Virus record (IMG/VR): IMGVR_UViG_3300045988_152007
Span: 60,475 to 124,474 of that record
Length of the DNA stretch: 64,000 nt
Source of the DNA: a virus
Strand: one strand, 5' to 3'
In this document: piece by piece, positions 62,508 to 64,000 of the stretch
How positions within the stretch are numbered: the first letter of the stretch is position 1
Layout: the number at the start of each line of letters is the position of its first letter
Translations under genes and position numbers: made by a program
The notes under the pieces: model-generated
What the model was told of the DNA's origin: nothing
The model's input: only the letters and a program-made list of their open reading frames with translations
Database searches by the model: none

Positions 62508-64000
62508 GAGAATATCTAAAAGATAGTGAGTTTTTAACTGCATTAGATGAAATGCGTATAAAAAAACATTATATCAAACTTACCATTTTATCTTTTATTG
62601 ATGAAAAACCCATACGAGAAGTATAGGGTATAGCAACGGCAGGCTCTATTACAGTTAATGGGTCTGCCGCCTTGCGCCGCACGATTAGTCTAACAATTAG
62701 CGGTGTAGAAAATGAGAATGACATTAATAATATTGAAAATATTATTTCAATTAATAAAAAAGTAAAAGTAGAGGTAGGACTTGAGAATCCATTTGAAGAT
62801 TATAAAACCTATGGAGATATTATTTGGTTTCCTCTTGGAACATTTGTAATTAATCAAGCTACTTCTTCTACTACAGCTTCTGCTGCAAATATTTCTATTT
62901 CAGGTAAGGATAAAATGTGTATGCTTGATGGTACTTGTGGAGGTACATTACCTTCAGCAGTTACCTTTCATGAGACACAATATGAAGATGAAAATGGAGA
63001 TATTACAATTGAGCAAGTGCCTATATTTACGGTTATTAAAGAATGTGTAACACATTTTGGCAAAGAACCAGAGTAGAATGTTATAATTAATGATGTAGAT
63101 ATGACAGCTAAACTTAGTACAAAATATATGGGCCAAAATCCTATATGGTTTTCTAAAGATTATAAAAGTTTTGTAATTAGTGAAAATGCTCCTGAAGATG
63201 AAAATTTTTTATAGCATAAATTTATTTATGGACAAGACGTAGGATATCAAGAAACAGATTTTACTTATCCAGGAGAATTAGTATTTTCTGCGGGAGATAC
63301 AGTAACTTCTGTCCTTGATAAAATTATTGAATCTTTAGGAAATTATGAATATTTTTATGATTTAGATGGTCATTTTGTATTTTAGTAGAAAAAGAATTAT
63401 TTAAATTATTATTATACTCCTATTACAGAAATAAATGATACTTATTATATAAAAGCTTTTTCAGATAGTAAATATTATTATACTTTTGCAAATGCTAAAG
63501 ATGCATTATCTTATTATAATAGTCCTAAATATGAAAATATAAAAAATGATTTTATTGTATGGGGCGATAAAACTAATAGTAATGGAGTTACTAAAACTAT
63601 ATAGTATCATTTAGCTATAGATGAAAAACCTCAAATTGATTTAGCTAATCAATATATGTGGGATGTAGTTCGAGGTAATGGTGACCATGCTTTTTATTTA
63701 TTTGAGTATAAAAAAAGCAATTATAATTAGACACCTGATAAAAAAGCTTTAGAAATTATTTATTCTGTTAATCATGAAGAAATGGCGGATGAAGTAATTG
63801 AATCTAACATTAAAGAAGATATAATTGAAAATATTTTAAAGAATTATTCTTTTTACACTGGCGATTAGTTTATTTTATATTATAAAATAATATTTTTAAA
63901 TTAGATAAGATATTATAAAATTACTTTATTAGATGGAGAAATTATAGGATTTCAATATCTTGAAGATTTAACTGATATTATTGACTTTACTCATTTAGCT
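62504..64000 (+). CDS. tail protein, TAG-recoded (3' partial; runs off the window)
   Basis: ATG 62504. Fragment 62672..63076 is in frame. Confidence 0.4.

Noticed and set aside
29226-64000. The late region as a decayed prophage full of pseudogenes or frameshifts
   Set aside because: Fragments of each gene are in the same frame and interrupted only by TAG. There are no TAA/TGA interruptions and no frame changes. Pseudogenisation would produce random stops and indels.

Overview
This window looks like a fragment of a low-GC tailed dsDNA phage genome (phage or prophage), probably infecting a Firmicutes host. Host evidence: consensus sigma-A promoters of the form TTGACA-N17-TGnTATAAT, AGGAGG/AAAGGAA ribosome-binding sites, TTG/GTG start codons, and two AbrB/SpoVT-type regulators. 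The window has two parts. (1) An early region, roughly 1-29,060, is almost entirely on the minus strand. It carries about 60 small genes arranged as many short units, each with its own promoter, a conserved RBS context (GAAAGGAATTGATA-N-ATG) and a GC-rich hairpin terminator. Recognisable products are an Rnl2-like RNA ligase, a DEDDh 3'-5' exonuclease, a HAD 5'-nucleotidase next to a nucleoside 2-deoxyribosyltransferase, a chorismate-mutase-like protein, two AbrB-like regulators, a lipoprotein, and several tandem paralog families. A short plus-strand island at 9.1-10.9 kb holds an RHH regulator, an iteron cluster and a GIY-YIG endonuclease. (2) A late structural/packaging operon on the plus strand, 29,226 to at least 64,000, runs terminase, portal, scaffold, capsid, head-tail proteins, major tail protein, chaperone, a tape measure of about 3,100 aa, and large tail/fibre proteins. 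The main observation is that TAG is a sense codon in this genome. Every late gene is split in the ORF track into same-frame fragments separated only by TAG, never by TAA or TGA. I followed about 3.7 kb of the tape-measure ORF with dozens of in-frame TAGs and no TAA/TGA. TAA and TGA are the stops actually used. TAG is nearly absent from early genes and from the most highly expressed structural genes, but it is dense (about 1 in 18 codons) in the other late genes and in the two homing endonucleases (GIY-YIG, HNH). I found no suppressor tRNA by eye. Coordinates of edited starts and ends were checked by hand on key genes but should be re-verified computationally.
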